Positions 36,626 through 64,000 of a stretch of DNA of 64,000 nucleotides are shown here, in pieces. Source of the DNA: Octopus bimaculoides. Taxonomy: Eukaryota. The notes below the pieces were generated by a model. It saw nothing but the letters and a program-made list of their open reading frames with translations. It was not told the DNA's origin and did not search any database. Each line of letters begins with the position of its first letter. Position 1 is the stretch's first letter. The position numbers and the translations under genes were made by a program. The stretch lies in contig NC_068997.1 in assembly GCF_001194135.2 (NCBI RefSeq), positions 29,565,322 through 29,629,321 on the forward strand, written 5' to 3'.

Positions 36626-39290
36626 TATATACAACCACCTTTTAATAAAAAACTCTCCCATCCCGCGCTCACCTTTCCTTTACATCCTCCTCTTTCTCCC
36701 GCATCCATTTTACCCTATAAATATTACATAAAACAGGGGTAGCTTTTTTGCCAACTGAAGTGCATGTCAAGGGCTAAAGAGAAAAAATATTAATATTAGT
36801 ACAAGGGACATAACTCTGACGATTAGGATTTAAGACCATGTTCTTTCATCCATGAATTTCGTTCCAGTTTTTACACACACCTCAAATAATAAATTTCTGG
36901 TTTCATATTTTATTCCAGTAGACTGTTATAGTATTGCATTTACATTTGCTCTACAAAACTATTAAAAACCGACTCTTGATAAGTGAACGATGAAACGTTT
37001 GTCTTTTCATGTACAAAATATACTTGTAAAATAAGGGATGCATCTTATTCGCTGGGAAATGCCGTATTTAGTAAAAGGGTGGTTGTGATAAAAGAGTTTC
37101 TACATGGTTTTTGATCTGCTAGAAATAGCAACGAAATTTTCCTTAGATTACAACCTGCATCTTAAGAATAAGGAAGGACAAATAATCCTTGACACAAAAT
37201 TAGAAAATTGGAAATATAAAGGTTTATCGCAGATGAATGCTTTTAATCGTAGATTGCAATGAAAGCTAATCTGCAGTTTAGAAACAACAGCAGCTACTTC
37301 CGACGAATACACCATCTTTTATTCTGGTTTGAAAATGTGAATTTTAAAATGTCAGAAAAAAAAAAATGAATTATTTAATATTTAAAAGAAAAAAGGCTTC
37401 CACGAGAGAATTTTGCTTTCACTAAAGTACTCTCCCTTAGAATTTTTTTTTTTTTTCAGCAGTATAACGGCTCTAATTACAAGGAACATGTTATCACACC
37501 GTCAATCTAGGAATGGATTTAGTGGATCGCTTATTTGCGCAAAATATTTATCTCAATTTCTGATATGCACTCCCCTGAGAGTCAATTTGAGTTCGCTTCT
37601 ACAGCTCGACACCTAAGAAAAGGCTGTTCTACTGTAGGCTCTGGTTGATCAAAACTAAGTGGTAACATGTGAAAGGGACAATTTCACGCCTGTTTTAACA
37701 TCATCGTTTGCCCTATGGCTGCCTTTAACTTCATTGCAAGTATTCCAATAGAATCTCTGCTTTGAGAATAACTCGTTTCTTTACACAAAAATCATTTTCG
37801 TTCTTCTTTTTCTCCATGGCATCTTCCAGATTGAAAATTGCAAATTAATACAAACCAAAATATTTTCACCAAATCAGGAATCGAAATTCCTTATTTTGAA
37901 ACCAATACATCCCAGATTAAATCAAAGCGAATTATTCTATAACATACACTTGAACTGTACACTGGAAAGTGTAGTCATAGATACACTATGCCTGAATAAA
38001 GGACAGGATGGTCACAACTGGAATGCCTTTGATTATAAGTCTGATTGATCAAGGCTGACATTGGGTAAACTCATCATCGTCATTGTTTACCATTTTTGTT
38101 CCAAGCTGGCATCAGATAGATATTGTGAGAGGAAGCGACAAACCAGAAGACTGCATCAAGCTGCAATGTCTGCTTTGGCATGGTTTCTATGGCTGGATGC
38201 CCTTCCTAATGCCAACCACTTTACAGAGAGTGTACTGGGTATGGCACCAGCATGAGTGAGGTTACCAAGTAACTTGCAGGACAAGGCTCCTCAATTGATG
38301 CTGAGGCAGTATTGAGGGGATTTGCTTTATGCCAGAGGATGAGAGGTTGAAGTAGGATAGAGGAGGGATAAGAACCAGCCACCCCAGTTGTAAAGTCTAC
38401 TTTTCCATATTTGGTTCAGTTGGGTCTTCTCCAGCTGCGGCTTCTGGGAACCCCTCATCGTCTCGTTTGTGCAGGTCAAACTCTCTTCCTCAGTCTTCCT
38501 CTTGCATTTCGATTCCTTGGTACACCATACACAAGCATCAAACAATCTATTCACTTGCAGAGAGAATCCTTTGATGCCATAACGCATCATTCCACAACCT
38601 ACACAGTGGATAATGTAGCCCGAGATACACTATTTCTAAACAAAGGACAGAATGGTCCTGGCTGGAATGTCTTTGATCATAAATCTGCTCAATCAGAGTT
38701 GATGTCTAGAAGCAAAATGTTGGAAACAATACCAGATAAACTTGGAGTTACCTGTTGTAGACTGACCTTCTGTTCAGTGGAAGATTAAGCCCTTATGCTG
38801 CTGCCATCATCATCTATTGAGCACTTGGTGCCTTTAGATAATTCTTGCTCAATAAGGAAGTAAATGCTTTTCAGTTTGGTGTCTCACGAGGGTTAAGGCA
38901 GAGTTTCCAATTCAGCAGACAGAGAATCAGAACAGACACCACAAACACTATTCTGTCATACACTCTAAGAATTCCATCAATCCACTGCCCTGGACTAGGA
39001 CTTCATTTAAGTGATACTTCAAAGGATGAGACACAAAGTTAACCTCTGAAGTGAGAGCATAGAAAGCCAGAACAAAAAGCTACAAAGAATTTAATCCGAC
39101 ACCCTTTTCTGCTTTTAATGTCCTGCAAACAAAGATAAGAACTGACTGACAAAACCACTTGAAAGATTTGGCGACATTTGCATTTCTACATTTGCACAAA
39201 GACATTAAATATTTGAAGAATATTGAATTAGACCTTCAGGCATCAAAATAATGAAGAGAAGAAACATTCTAAAATATAAAAATTAAAAAA

Positions 39291-39296
39291 TTTATT
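39291..39296 (-). terminator. Candidate SMC5 polyadenylation signal AATAAA
   Basis: AATAAA on the minus strand about 30 nt after the stop; the region is AT-rich, so chance occurrence is possible. Confidence 0.35.
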
Positions 39297-39325
39297 ATAA
39301 CTGTGAAAATATTATTTAAAATTAT

Positions 39326-63978
<24,653 letters not shown>

Positions 63979-64000
63979 CTTTTACAAGGAAAAACAATAA

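Overview
AT-rich, repeat-dense animal genomic DNA with several N gaps. The interspersed repeats resemble those I associate with Octopus, so the host is inferred to be a coleoid cephalopod. Two intron-rich genes lie head-to-tail on the minus strand. (1) The 3' portion of SMC5: 18 exons from 63978 to the stop at 39326. Splice phases are consistent at every junction that can be checked; one exon start is hidden in an N gap. The C-terminal ABC-ATPase signature (QSGGERS) and Walker B (VDEINQGMD) are present. (2) The 5' part of a Spire gene (KIND domain): first coding exon 30490-30862, a probable 31-nt microexon at 12836-12866 and an exon at 2776-3015; it continues beyond the left edge. Introns hold tRNA-derived SINEs, 5'-truncated RTE LINE ends, decayed CR1-like LINE pieces, mariner elements, Helitron-like and piggyBac-like non-autonomous elements, and microsatellites. 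The most notable unexplained structure is five type-I minimal hammerhead-ribozyme-like motifs, most of them degenerate. They sit in distinct repeat contexts: the loop of a 350-bp hairpin element, upstream of an orphan ORF, the tail of a tRNA-headed SINE palindrome, and two others. There is also a dense CRE/NRF1/ETS/YY1 promoter-like cluster inside the Spire intron, and candidate Spire microexons. All calls were made by eye with no database searches.
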